Shown piece by piece: positions 36,767-50,012 of a stretch of 64,000 nt of DNA. A program made the translations under genes and the position numbers. Under the pieces are notes generated by a model. It had not been told where the DNA came from and made no database searches. It was given only the letters and a program-made list of their open reading frames with translations. Position 1 is the first letter of the stretch; each line of letters begins with the position of its first letter. Source of the stretch: Raja brachyura (lineage: Eukaryota); the NCBI GenBank assembly GCA_963514005.1, contig OY740818.1, positions 21,390,001 through 21,454,000 on the forward strand, read 5' to 3'.

Positions 36767-39147
36767 TTATTCACATTTGATTCCACGTTACATTTATATT
36801 TCCCACCAGCTAGAAGGTCATTAAGCCCATTGAATCTATGATAATTCTCGTGGCAATCCTATCAACTCTGAACCTAGTAACCCTCTTATTCCTAGTAAGC
36901 TTTCCTTACAATCATCCACCCACACTGGGGACAATTTATCAAGTCCAATCAACCTACCAATTGGCACATCATTTGGATGGTCTTTGATCCTGATCTCTAG
37001 GACCTACTCTCGCTTCCATTATTCCCTTCCAGACTCTCCTTCCCTCCCTCTCCTACTCTCATTGCCCACCAATCTATTCAAACCCAATTCCTTGATCATA
37101 ACTCGCTTATCTTTGAGATGTGGGAGGCAACCAAGGCACTAGGAGGAAACCCATAAGGTTATTGTAGATTAGCATTTAACCCAGGTCAGTGGGTTAGCAA
37201 TGGTATTACCAGCAGTATTACCAGCAGACCCCCATTATATTCTCATTAATATTGGGACCCTATGAACTCCAGATCTGGTTTCTTGAGCAAAAACATAAAG
37301 TACAGGAATGACTCAGTGCGGCAGGCAGCATCTGTGGTGGCAATGGATGGATGACATTGTGGGTCGAGGTCTGAAGAAGTCCTGATTCAAAATGTCCTAT
37401 CCATTCCTCCAGAGATGCTGCCTGAACCACGGAGTATAAACTTATTAATTTTGGTCCCTTTTGACAGAAGATCTTGGGACATTTTTCCCCACTAAAGGTG
37501 CTGTATGAACCTGGGCTGCTGTCCAGTGAGATCGGTAACTGTACAGAAGTCCAAGGCCAGCCATTGATACCTCAGTGATGGTGAAACAATGGGAGACACT
37601 GTATACTCTCAATCCCTCACTCTCCGCTAACATTTAACATTGTTCACTTTGGTACAATGCTACGTCCAATAACCTCAGAACAATGGTTGTATTTCAACGT
37701 TTGTGCTAATCTACTAAATTAAAATCACCAAAATCTGTATTTTAAATGCAGAATAGGTTTCAGAGTTTTTTAAACTTCACTCGAGATCCCAGTACTGTAG
37801 CCAAGGTGAAACCAAAGAGTTCCTTGTGATTCGAGCTGTTGGCTTCTCTTGCCTAACTTCAGTTTGGGCGACTCATGAAAGGAGGCCTTGTATTATTCCT
37901 TGCAGCTGTACAAAATGTGCAGGTATAAGTGTATTAAACATTAGAGCTTGGCTTGTGTAGACTGCAGCTGGAATTAGAAAGTTCAGAGCAGTTTTGTGCA
38001 GGAATAAACATCCCCATCTCCCACTAACAACTTAAAGTTGGACACAAAGCAACGTGATTTAAGTCCTTCTTTTGTGAGCCATTTTGATTACCATCTCTGG
38101 CACCTCACTGCCCCGAGTAAAGGTTTGCCATTGTGCATTGGGCTGGTAATTTCAGACAGTAAACTAACTCCAGACAGAGGTGAGTCTGATTACTGAGAGA
38201 TTTAACTTAATTCACAACAACTTCATTCAGAGTGAATGTGACCTCCTGTTGTAAACAGAGTAGTATGCTGTGAAATAAGGTGACAGAGTTACTACCTCGT
38301 ATCATTCAGCAACCGCGCGGGGTCAAGTCTTTTGATTCACCCTTCCACCAAGGTCAGTCTGAAATGAGCTGAAGTCCCAAGGTTGGGTTAAACAATGAGA
38401 TATCTGGCATGATGTTCCATGTCTACAGAAGGTTTCAAGTTGACACCACATCTGTTAAATTACAGGCACCCCCAGTCAGTGTTTATTATTTGGTTTAACA
38501 GCCTTTAAATCCCCTTTTCAACAACTATACTTCAGATGTTTTAGAACTTCAGACACTTGCTCTGAGAGTCATACGGACACAGAAGTGACTTTTCCCACCT
38601 CCATACTAATAATGGTTTGGACTCCATCAACTGTCCCATCATTGTGAACCTGGGATAGTTGGGTGAGTGGACAGAGACTGGTCTCCCCAGTCCAACTGCT
38701 CTTGAGGTGTTGGCACTGCTTTGGACTGATGCAAGTGGTGGTGGTGTGACAAAAATAAAGAGGTAATAACAAACTTAAAACAGAGGGATAAACAGAAATA
38801 AAACAGCCTAATTCAAGAGTTTCATCCCACTTATTCTGGCTATGTGCTTTAACTTTAATTAAGTCACTTTGTTATAGATAATCCAAATGACATTTAAATA
38901 CATAGAATAATTTCAATACCACACTGTACTAAGAGCATCCACATCAAAGCTGTACTGTGGGTCTCCATGCCAGCGAGCGGACCCGTGCTCTAAGCCAAGC
39001 ACACTCAAAGCAAACATTGTCACAAGGAAGCTCAATGGACAAGGCAACAGTGGCGACTAAAATACCACTTACTGTACCACAGAATACAACACAGAGGGGA
39101 ACGACTCCGCACATGACTGACATGGAACAGCATGGTGTTAAACTTAC

Positions 39148-39321
39148 AGGTACGCAAACTGGTGGAGCAATCATTAACAGAGACAGAAGAAAGTGGGAAG
39201 GTTCTCTCAAGGGTGTCCAAGTTACTATGTACACTGTCTGACATGCAAGTGCAGTCGCGTTCAGAGCGTCCGCAATCAAAACAACATGCGAGTTTCATTC
39301 TCTTGTAGATGGACATCTTGG
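39148..39321 (-). CDS. kcnma1: KCNMA1 STREX cassette exon, 174 nt: (P)KMSIYKRMKLACCFDCGRSERDCTCMSDSVHSNLDTLERTFPLSSVSVNDCSTSLRT(F)
   Basis: Acceptor ...aacatgattatag, donor CCT|gtaagt, symmetric phase 1, exactly 174 nt, recognisable STREX peptide. Confidence 0.97.
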
Positions 39322-39375
39322 CTATAATCATGTTTTCGATGGAAGGAGAGGAAGAGGAGCAGGTTAATGGCAAGG
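39322..39375 (-). promoter_or_regulatory. STREX 3' splice region with branch point, pyrimidine tract and CaRRE1-like element
   Basis: Minus strand ccttgccattaacctgctcctcttcctctccttccatcgaaAACATGATTATag; 39334-39324 matches the CaRRE1 consensus CACATNRTTAT at 10 of 11 positions. Confidence 0.8.
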
Positions 39376-41237
39376 TTATTCAGTCTGGCAATTGGAAGGA
39401 ATCAACAAAGGATCTAACACAGGCCTTAGTAACACACGCAGGCTTGACAAGAGAGAAGAGCTTAGATCATTGCATTAAAAGTTGTGATGAAAAAATCATT
39501 TTCAAAAGTTGACAAGATAACTTTGAACATATAATTAACAATCTTAAGTATTTTCAAGCCAGTGTCACATTAGTTACTTTACATCATAATCACAGAGGGT
39601 GGTGAGAATTTCAATGATATACCTGGGCAATCTGGTCAAAGCAGGCAATGATAGAAAAGACACAGCAGTTTTGGTGACTGCTCTTTCTGCCACTTTCTTT
39701 CATTTTGCCAAGGCTTGTAGTGCAGTTGAGAATTTGGTTTAATAAGTGATTTTTTTTTTGCCACCATTCAAAATGTAGGTAGCACATAATTCTTTCAAGC
39801 ACCCTTGATGCTGAACCGATTATTGTGCCAATGATTCACTTGCACAATGAAATTTTAAAAGCAAATAATATAAAACAGGATTTGGTTGATAAAACAGTAT
39901 TAGTCGAATAAGAAGTAATTTTGGTTTCTCACATCAAGTTAAAAAAAAGAGTAAAATCAACTTTGGTTGACCAAGCCATTGTTGTCTCTGAAGGACACAC
40001 TTAAAGCTCTCGACTGAGTCAAGCTCTGACCTAAGGCCATTTACTGTATATCAAGATATTGGCCAAGCCAGGGTCACATTATGATTGAGGATAAAAAGGC
40101 ACTAGAAGGTGATAGATGAGAGGCATCTTCAGGAGCATCCCCATTTCTCCACAATCTTTATAGCAGTTGGTTGCAAGACATTTAATTTTCAGCAACTTTT
40201 ATTTTTGGTGCTGGGTTTTTCCGGTTGCTGAAAAAAGAATGATCATATCATGCAGCAGTAAGCCTGTTCAATGCACGCAGAAATGCTGTTGAGTTTGTGC
40301 TGATATTTCAATAAAGAAAGGAGCATCAAAGCCTAATCAAAGCTGGTGATGCCGAGGAACATCAGCCTCTTGTCTTCCTTTGAATGATGCCAATCTTTTC
40401 GGGCTGACAGTAATAAACTCTGACAAACCTTTAAAAGGAATGGCATCTTGAGGGAGGTGAACTGCGTTTTGATCTCATCTCTTGAAATGAAACCAAATAC
40501 TTGAGCCAAATTATTCTTCCAAATCAACAGGGAAGCGGTGGGGGGGGGGGGGGGGGGGGGGAACGATGACAGGTGGGTGCCTCTTTTTTTTGGAAGTCAA
40601 AAAAAGGAAGACTTGAGGAGATTACTTCTGAGACCATGCACAAGTATCGAAATAACAGCATGCTGGCTTAAAAGAAAACTTGCTTCAACCTTGGCAATCC
40701 AAATTAAAAAAATTCAAAAAAGGGTTATTAAGATCGAAGCATTCAGAAACATTAACAAGTCTAGCTCATTTGTCAAAAAAAATCCATGCTGTAAGAAATA
40801 CAGTGAATTTGTTATGGAAATAAACATAGACAGTCACAGGCAGTGACATGTTGAAAAATGTTAGTTATTGATGGGATGTGTATGGTTCTATACATGAAGG
40901 ACATGTCTACTAACTCAACACGCAAACTGCTATATGGATTATTTGCAAAAACATGTTTATACTGCCATTTTTATATGGAGTAAAAAGATGATTTGGGTGT
41001 AGATCATCTTTTTTAGGAGGAGCTGAAATGGCAGCTCAGGTTGTTGGCGGTAGGACAGGGAATGCAGAAGGTCTCTGAGGACATCTAGTGGTTGGGCAGA
41101 AGCCCACATTCAATAATACATGGAGACCGCCTGGAATCAGTCCCACGAGTAAGTTAGCGTCCCCCTACCCATCGACTATGACAAGCTCATTTCCATTGGA
41201 TTCAGTATTGCTGACTGTTGGCGTAACTAAGGAAGCT

Positions 41238-41335
41238 CAGTCTGAAGAAGGGTGTCGACCCGAAACGTCACCCACTCCTTCTCTCCAGAGATGCTGCCTG
41301 TCTCGCTGAGTTACTCCAGCGTTTTGTGACCATCT
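41238..41335 (+). mobile_element. Penelope-derived terminal fragment with hammerhead-like motif
   Basis: ctgaaga-a-gggt-gtcg-accc-gaaa-cgtc at 41242-41269. Confidence 0.78.
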
Positions 41336-42638
41336 AAGGAAACTCAGTTGTACGATAATCACGAGAGGTTGTTTCGATTGGTGGGGGTTTAAGATGTTAC
41401 TCTTATACTCGTTCCTCAATTTGTGGGCCTTCTTGGAGTAGAGTCATCTTCGTGAAAATACAGCAGCTTTGTTAGCTGCAGATTCACAGCGTTCTCAGAA
41501 ATATGAGACACATCCAAATTCTCGCTCCAGTCTAACTTTGAACTTATTTACCTACTGTACTTTTTATGGTTGGAGGCTTCTGCCAATGGGGCTGTTTCTT
41601 TTGTGAAACCGAGATTAAAATGGCTTTGCACCTGAAGAATTAGTTGTTGGATTGGACTGTTTGATCACATTTACTGAGCCAGGAACAAATGAGATGAATA
41701 TCCCGTGAAATTCTCAAATGGGTTGAGAAATGAAATGCACAAACACAACATTCTTTCTGACTTAACTTAGCTTTCCTTAAATATTCCTCAAATAACTTTT
41801 TTTTACTTGTGATGTCCTTTCTTTCTCTCCTTCCTGTTTGGCTGGGCAATGATTAGGAATTAATGCTGTAATGGTTCTTGTATCAGCCCATGCTTTCTGT
41901 TGGGAGAGAGTAAAGTGCAATTGGTGGTGAAAGGTTAAAGGTTAGCAGATGCAATCTGGGAGCCGTGAGTCTTGTTTTCCCATCTAGGTGGGGGGGGGGG
42001 GCTGCGGGGTCATTGTTGACTATGGTCTTGGTTGAGATCAGCTAACTCAGGACAAACTAACAGCAACATTTGGATCTTTAACCACTTGCATCTGTGACTA
42101 GTTATTGCCAGTGCCTTTTTGTCTAATGGGAATGCTTCAGCCTCTAGCTCTGAAGCAGTAATACAGACAGTACTAAGGCCCTGTGGACTGCAGTCTAACA
42201 CGAGGCATTAAGGGACTAGAGCAGTTGGATATGCGTCATGTTTGGATCACCAGTGCCATATCTCATACAGTTGGAGAGATTTATAAGTGGATCATTGCCA
42301 CCAGAAATGGGCATGATATCATGACCCTCGCGTAAATAAGCCAAACTTTCCAAAATGGCTTTGGGGTAAAAGAGGATTTTTGACCCCCGTTTCCTACTCT
42401 GCTAAAGCCGGGCCTGTAACACCTCCCTGTCAGCTCTAACCTGCTTGCCCACTCACTCCCTGCCGTCTTTGCTGCTATTTGGTTCCGGGCTGCTGTATTT
42501 TCTGCAGATTCAAAATGATCTGTAAGCATTGCTGAAGATGATGTGCGCGTATGCATGCAACATTAATAAAAAAACCTCTTGCTTAAGGTAGACAAGTTGG
42601 ATCGCAGTCTGGGCAACAGAGAACCTGATTTTACTCAC

Positions 42639-42647
42639 AATATATCA
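42639..42647 (-). CDS. kcnma1: KCNMA1 9-nt IYF microexon (TGATATATT)
   Basis: tag|TGATATATT|gtgagt, symmetric phase 1, located between the CKACH exon and STREX. Gives KR-LIYF-QDE, or KR-LIYS-KMS with STREX. Confidence 0.9.
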
Positions 42648-44711
42648 CTACCCGTGTGCAGTTAAAATATAGTTTCATGTTCCAGGGCAGCAAGGAAAAA
42701 ATAAATTAAAAATACATCAATCATCAAAAGGTACTTGCAATCATGTCATACATGGAGCCTCATTTGCTTGAGTTCCACGAAAAGAGGATTAAATTTATCT
42801 GTGATTTTTCTGTTTCCCTACAACATTTTCCACAATTGTGAATTAACCTAGAAAGGGGTGAATGCTTAAAACATTTATGTTCATCCTTCAACACAAGTAC
42901 GTACCAGTCTCTATCACATTGTCTTCAACAAATCATCTTGTACAACTCTTCCCACCAACATACCCCCATCATCAAATTAAAAACCCTCGAAGGTCCACTC
43001 TACTTCAATTTCCAACCTAGAACAGATTTTCTTTGCAAATTCTGGACGTCCTTTTGAATAATTTAGAATACAATGAAAAAATAATGATACTTTTAAGCTG
43101 AATTTTTGTCGTGCTTTGAAGCAGTTGGGGTTTCTTTTATTATTATTTTTTAAAAGATAAAGCTACTCACTTTAATTATTCTTGACCTCTGTGGATACAT
43201 CAAGTTTTTTTTTTAGCTTAAATTATTAATAATGGGTCTAAAAGGTTTGGACGAATGGTTAAGTAGGTCAGGAATATGTTAACAATGTGACATGACTAAT
43301 GCCAATGTAATGACAAATCTGCTGGAACTCCTGCCTAAATGTGACAGCAGCTACTAAGATGTGTGTCCTTATCAGAAAAAAATATATCCTTGCGATTCTG
43401 GTTCTGTGTCTCGAGCATTGCATATTGTATGCACAGCCAGTGTATACTGTAAAATACAATGCATTTGGCAAGGATTGTCTTTGTTTTTCCAGCTGACTTG
43501 GGGCATTACCTCTGGAGTGTTCAGACAGCAGCAGTTTAGCTCTGACAAGCTCTTTCTTCAGCCCCACTAATCATGTCATTTCATTTATACATCTGGTCTA
43601 CATCACATCATTAATAGATTGAAATTTGGACTTTGCATTGTCGGCACACCACTCTTCTCTGCGTATTTAAAAATAAAAAAAAATTGCATGTGGCTTAATC
43701 ACATTAATGCTAATTATTTTTTTGCTCCCCAATCTGTAGCATTCATTAATTTACCCGGATTTGTCATTATATATTAATGGCATAATGTTAATCTAAACCT
43801 GCCTTCCTTTCAGGTCATTAAACTCCCTTTCATGTAGCCTGAGTAATGTTGCTCTCCATTTAGTTTCCAATGCCACGCTTATGTGAGTAGGTTAAAAGAG
43901 AGGGCGGACAGCGATAGTGGCATTTTTACATTGGCATGATGGTATGCCCAGAAGCTGGGCAGATGCCACTGAGCAAGTGGGACAATGGGACAAAGGGAAT
44001 CACTCCAAAAGTGACTCTCCAGCTTGTTTGATTAGTCGCCCTCAGGATAGCAATGGAATAGCCTTTTGGTCCACCACATTGGCAGCTGAGAACATTTGGC
44101 ACGAGGGAGATCCTTAAGGCGAGGATCTATGTCGGTCAAAAAATGTCAGTGGAAACCAAGTTCTATCAACGTCGCAAATTGTAGCAATACATCTTGCTAA
44201 AAAATGGTAATTCCACTGCTTGCTCCAGTCTTAGAACCGCGTTGCTTTTAAAGAATTGACTTTCAATAATTATCAGAATTGAGTTTCCATGCACATTGAC
44301 CTCCATGCAATTCGTATTTAAAAGGTTTATACTCAGTAACAGGCTTTATGGCTATTGAACCAAAGTCTGCCAAATGGGGACTATAATTAATGGGCAAGTT
44401 GCAATAAAAAGTGCACCTGTACGCTTGAAAGCTGTTAAAAATGAGTGTGTAGCTGTTGGGAAGCAGACATTTATGGCGGGTTGTTTATATTCAATGTCTA
44501 CAGGGTGAGTAAATGGAGGTTTAACAACACAACTGTACTCCATCTCTGATCTTCAGTGACAAGCTAATAACACAAAGCACTCGATGACCGGTATGCCCTT
44601 CACCAGTATCTGCACACTGGAGGCAAAACACCTCAACATTCATGCCGAACATTGGTCTCAAATTGCAATCAGTAATTACAAGCCGTTGACACAAAGATGA
44701 TGGAATTGTTA

Positions 44712-44849
<138 letters not shown>

Positions 44850-46504
44850 TTAATCTCAAAGGTGGAGGTAATGTCTTAAACAGTCAATCTTTACTGAACA
44901 CATGTAAATTCAAAGTGACTTACAGCTAGTATTTAAGCTTTAAGTTTTAAGTTTCCCGAGCTTGTTTGGGGGAAGTGATTTGTCCCAAATGAAGCAAAGG
45001 TGCATTCAAGAACACATTAACAGAGGAATGGCCTTTCACGTCATTAATCCTGCTTCTTTCCCAGAGCCTTGGTGCTATCATGGACTTTCCCCGACATACT
45101 TAATCTCCTGAGGGAAAGATGTGTGAAATTTCTCCCTGACCCCCCAAGGTAATTGACTGAAACTCCAGAATATCAATCTATCTTAACAAGGTCTATTATT
45201 CAATCCCCACCAGCTGCCTTCTACCAAAGACGTTTCCATGGCGCCAGTGTCACAGGAACCATTGTGTTTCCGAAAGTCGTTGATCATCCCTGTCGGTACG
45301 TATCATTATAATCTTCAGATATGTAGCTGCTGCTTTTGAAGGGGGTGCATCAGCACAGCCTGGACTGCTTTTGCTAAGACATTGTTCCAATATCCACACC
45401 ACTCTGCAGGGGAAAGAACATTCTAATCTCCAGTCGTGCCTAAGGCTTGTTAATTCTGCTCTCATTTCCTGCAATGTTGTACTCAATGTCCAAGTTAAAT
45501 AATTGGCGCACATCCACATTATCCATGGTTATCAACATTTGAGGGATCTGGATCTACTTCTGAATAAATTCCACCGATGATATTTGGTTTTGAGAAGATC
45601 CTTTCATAACAAGCAACAGTCTTTTCACATTTGTTTTTTTTTGTCTGCTTGGCATCGCACTGTTGAGGATGCATGACAAGGGGGTTAACAGAATAATTTC
45701 ACTCAGTGTCTGGATTTATCCATCAACGTAGAGTTATTCTCATTTTCCTTACAGCATTAGAGTAATGCTTTGCAAACACAATTTGGCACTGAGCTACTCA
45801 GAGTAATTTTGCCATGTAGAGAAAAAAATCAATTAAAGGGGTAGACTTTAAAGAGCCTTGTAAAAAGGAGAGGGAGGCAGGAGGTTTAGAGGGGAGATTC
45901 CAGAGCTCAGATCCCAGGCAGCTGAAGTCACACCCTCCAATAATACAGGAACTGAAATGGGGGCTGCTCAAGAATTGGGAAGCAAATATTTTAGAAGATG
46001 AGATGTGTTTAGAAGGAACAGCAGATGCTGGAAAATCGAAGGTAGGCTGGAGAAACTCAGCGGGTGCAGCAGCATCTCTTAGCATTTAAATGCAGCAGCA
46101 TTTCCTTAGAAGATGAGATGACACATGGATGAAGGAGTGAGGCTATAGTGGGATTTGCAAACTAGGATAATAACTTTGATGATTTAAAATCAGGCCACTT
46201 AACAACAAATCTTCCAGTCCCTGCTGGACCGGTGGGAAAGAGGAGCAAATGCGGTGACCAAAACTGGTCACATGTAAAAGAACACGAGCAGTAAGAACAA
46301 GTGTAGTCCATATGACAGACACAAAAAGCTGGAGCAACTTAGCGGGTCAGGCAGTATCTCTGGAGAAAAGGATTAGTTGACGTTTCAGGTCGAGGTCCGT
46401 CTTTAGTCCACACCCCTGTTTGAACTCCCCCCACCGTTCAATAAGATCTTGGTGGATAATCTACCTAGTTCACTTTTGTACATCCCTCAATTTCTTTGGA
46501 GTAA

Positions 46505-47190
46505 AGGGCCTGTCCCACTTAGGCGTTTTTTTAGACGACTACAGGCAACTAGGCTGTCGCCACATGGTCGCTGAGGTGATGCCTGTATGGTCATGAGTCG
46601 TCTTCTCAGCCGCCCAAAGAGTCGTAGCGTCTTTCTGGTCGCCGCTGGATTTTCAAAATGTCCGCCACAGTGGGTTGACACCAATGAGCGTAGCTTGACT
46701 TCTCCTGATGTAGGTGCCGTCTTACGTTTTTGCCAGGTGACGTAGGTTGTCTCCGGTTATGACTTTGGTGAATTCCATTGGCGACTACCTACATCAACTG
46801 GCGACAGGTACCGGCGTCAAGAGAAGTCAAGTAGCGACAGGCATTGTCTTGAATTTTCTTCAGTTGTCGCCGACAGGGTCGTAGTTTGTCGGGGGTGGAT
46901 GTAGGTTGACTTTGGTTGCCATAGGTTGTCGTCTGTCATCGTAGGTTGTCGTAGGAGTCATCGTAGAGTGTCGTGGGTGTGGTTGCAGGTGGATGTCCTA
47001 AGTGGCGATGATTGGGTCGCCGGTTGTCGGCAGCCCGCCATAGCTTGACGCCGACTAGGTGGTAGCTTGTCGCGGCTTGTCGTAGACATTGTTGTAGGGA
47101 GGGTCCAGTCGCCGGTTTTTCAGCGATCTGCTACGACTCTGGCAGTCGCCGTCAGTCACCCTAAAAAATCGCCTAAGTGGGACAGGCCCT
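46505..47190. mobile_element. MITE with agggcctgtcccacttaggcg TIRs and gtcgtag-rich interior
   Basis: agggcctgtcccacttaggcgtttttt ... aaaaaatcgcctaagtgggacaggccct, flanked by taa/tta. Confidence 0.9.
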
Positions 47191-47759
47191 TTACAAATTC
47201 TATCAATCTCAGTGTTAAATATCCTTATTAACTGAGCATTCAATGTAAATGTCAAAGATTCACAACCTTCAGCAAATGTCAGGCCTCATTAGGCCTGGCA
47301 ATTCTAGCAGGTTAACCGCTGTGGAACCGACTCAAATGAGAGAGAGGAGTCTCAATAGCATTTTGGAAGATTCAAGAAAAAAGAGACACAGACGTAAGGA
47401 GATCGGTAAGGGAAGCACAAGCTCAGGATGATGAACATTTTTCTCGCTGCGAGTGATATGGTTCTGGACTACAATGTACGAGAGCAGGGGAGGCATAGTC
47501 ATTGTATATTTTACATATGATAAAGAGCAGATAGAAGACAATTTCAAGGAACTATAGCCCCTCAACATTAAAAAAAATATTTAGATGTTTTCATGGATTG
47601 GATATGTTTAGAGAGATAAGAGCTAAATAAGGGCAGGTGGGACTAGTGTAGATGGGGCATGTCGGTCTGCGAGGGGAAGTTGGGCCGAAGCACCTGTCTT
47701 CATGCTGCATGAATCTATGACCCATTAACTTAAAACACTTAGAGTACAAAAGGCTAAAA

Positions 47760-48275
47760 GAACAAATTCAAGATTGAAACAAGGGAATCTCTGCACATTG
47801 GACATCATCTCAGACAGAGGATGTCTAAAGTCATGTGCGATGGTCTCAATCCCCAGGTCCCTCAACAACAAAGTTACTCCTCTCGAATTTAGTAGTGCCA
47901 CTGCCACCTCTGTTGAGGACAAGTATTGGCTTGTGAGGCAATTTTACAAGATCATCCTGAATCACTTGACCAAAATGTCCACTCATGCCAGAGTGAGATA
48001 TGGAGCCCAGCAGGCAAGAGCTGAACACGTCACCACCACCTGGAAGTTGTCCTCTATCCACACACCATCTTGACTTGGGTCTACATTGGCTTTCCTTCAC
48101 CCTCGCTGGGTCATTATCCTGGAACCCTTCCCCTAACAACACTGTGGTGACACTCATACCACAAGGACTGCAGTGGTTCAAGAAGGCAGCTCTCCACCTC
48201 CTTCTCGAGGTCAATTAGGGACGAGCAATTAAATGCTGGCTCAGCCTGTGAAGCCCATATCCCTTGAATGATCAT
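47760..48275 (+). mobile_element. Old LINE 3' fragment (different CR1/L2-type family)
   Basis: Tail ggactgcagtggttcaagaaggcagct...caattaggg...aaatgctggc; a similar tail occurs at ~63350-63445. Confidence 0.6.
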
Positions 48276-48534
48276 AAAAATAACAAAAGTTGTGACTGCC
48301 TTTAGCAGAGGAACTGATCTCCCAGCTCACTATCAGAGCCAATATTCAGGTGTAGAAAGCTTGCGTTACAGAGTACAGTTGTGGACACCAGAGAAATCAT
48401 TTCACTCCAAGAGCTAAGGATGAACAACTTCCACCTGGACTGCTCAGCATTGAATGGCAGGATAGAGTCAGGAGGAGGTTCTTCAAAAGACAGATTAACT
48501 AAATCAGCCCTCCCTACTCAAACTGAGATGATTG

Positions 48535-49003
48535 CATAGAAACATAGAAAATAGGTGCAGGAGTAGGCCATTCGGCCCTTCGAGCCTGCACCGCCATTCA
48601 ATGTGATCATGGCTGATCATCCAACTCAGTATCCCGTACCCGCCTTCTCTCCATACCCCCGATCCCTTTAGCCATAAGTGCCACATCTAACGCCCTCTTA
48701 AATATAGCCAATGAACTGGCCTCAACTACCTTCTGTGGCAGAGAATTCCAGAGACTCCCCACTCTCTGTGTAAAGAATGTTTTCCTCATTTCGGTCCTAA
48801 AGGAATTCCCCCTTATCCTTAGACTGTGACCCCTTGTTCTGGACTCCCCCAACATCGGGAACAATCTTCCAACATCTAGCTTGTCCAACCCCTTAAGAAT
48901 TCTGTAAGTTTCTATAAGATCCCCCCTCAATCTTCTAAATTCCAGCGAGTACAAGCCGAGTCTATCCAATCTTTCCTCATATGAAAGTCCTGACATCCCA
49001 GGA
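48535..49003 (-). mobile_element. Young CR1-clade LINE 3' fragment (RT C-terminal region)
   Basis: ORF 48607-48996 GLSYEERLDRLGLYSLEFRRLRGDLIETYRILKG...RTRGHSLRI...WNSLP, plus ttctatgt tail. Confidence 0.93.
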
Positions 49004-49284
49004 AATCATTGCGAAATGTAGGCCTTCTGAGCATGTAGTAAGATGGTCGCGCGCATTCGAGGGCATGCTGTGCCAGGATTAACTGGAGGAACGAGAGGAC
49101 TCATGGACTTCACTATGAAGATGCAGGCAAGGAAGAGGTGGGGATTTTAATTGATCCTAACAGGAGAAAAACAGGCATCTCCAGCAACACATCCAAGGTG
49201 ACAAAAGGAATAAACCCAACAGATTGAACAGAAAATCACCTGAAAGATACATCGGAACTGGGCACACATACTGCAACAACTGTC

Positions 49285-50012
49285 ATAGATCATTCAAGTC
49301 ATATCACATGGAAACAGGCCCTTCGGCCCAACTCATCCGTGCTGGTCAATATGCTCAATCTAAGCTAGACACATTTACCTACATTTGATCCCGGATCCCT
49401 CTAAATCTTTAAGAAGGAACTGCAGATGCTGGAAAATCAAAGGTAGACAAAAATGCTGGAGAAACTCAGCGGGTGCAGCAGCGTCTATGGAGCGAAGGAA
49501 ATAGGCAATGTTTCAGGCCGAAACGTTGCCTATTTCCTTTGCTCCACAGATGCTGCTACACCCACTGAGTTCTCTCTAAATCTTTCCTATCCATGTACCT
49601 GTCCAAGGTTAGTTTAGAGGTACAGCACCTAAACAGGACTTTTGGCCCACTGAGACTGCACACACCAGCAAGCCCCACACATTAACATTATCCTACACAC
49701 TAGGGACAATTTACAATTTTACCAAGCCAATTAACCTACAAACCTGCACGTCTTTGGAGTGTGGGAGGAAACCTGAGCTCCCGGAGAAAACCCACGCAGG
49801 TCATGGGGAGAACCTACAAACTCCGTACAGACAGCACCCATAGTCAGAATTGAACCCGGGTCTCTGGCACAGTAAGGCAGCAACCCAACCTGTTTTTAAA
49901 AATTTTTGTATTGTACCTGCCTCAACTACCTCCTCCGGCAGCTCGTTCATTATAATACGCACCACCCTCTGAGTGAAAACATCGCCCCTTAGGTTCCTAT
50001 TAATATCTTGCC
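49285..50012 (-). mobile_element. CR1 fragment interrupted by a Penelope-derived palindrome (~49410-49575) and an HE1 SINE (~49608-49890)
   Basis: ctctaaatcttt is repeated either side of the palindrome. CR1 sequence resumes after each insert. Confidence 0.8.

Noticed and set aside
5156-39072. Search for the mammalian 29-aa e22-type exon (LKVAARSRYSKDPFEFKK...)
   Set aside because: No recognisable match by eye. It may be absent, diverged or hidden in the N gap.
47300-47410. Plus-strand basic peptide ERSLNSILEDSRKKRHRRKEI followed by gtaag
   Set aside because: Antisense to the gene, weak acceptor, no partner exons.
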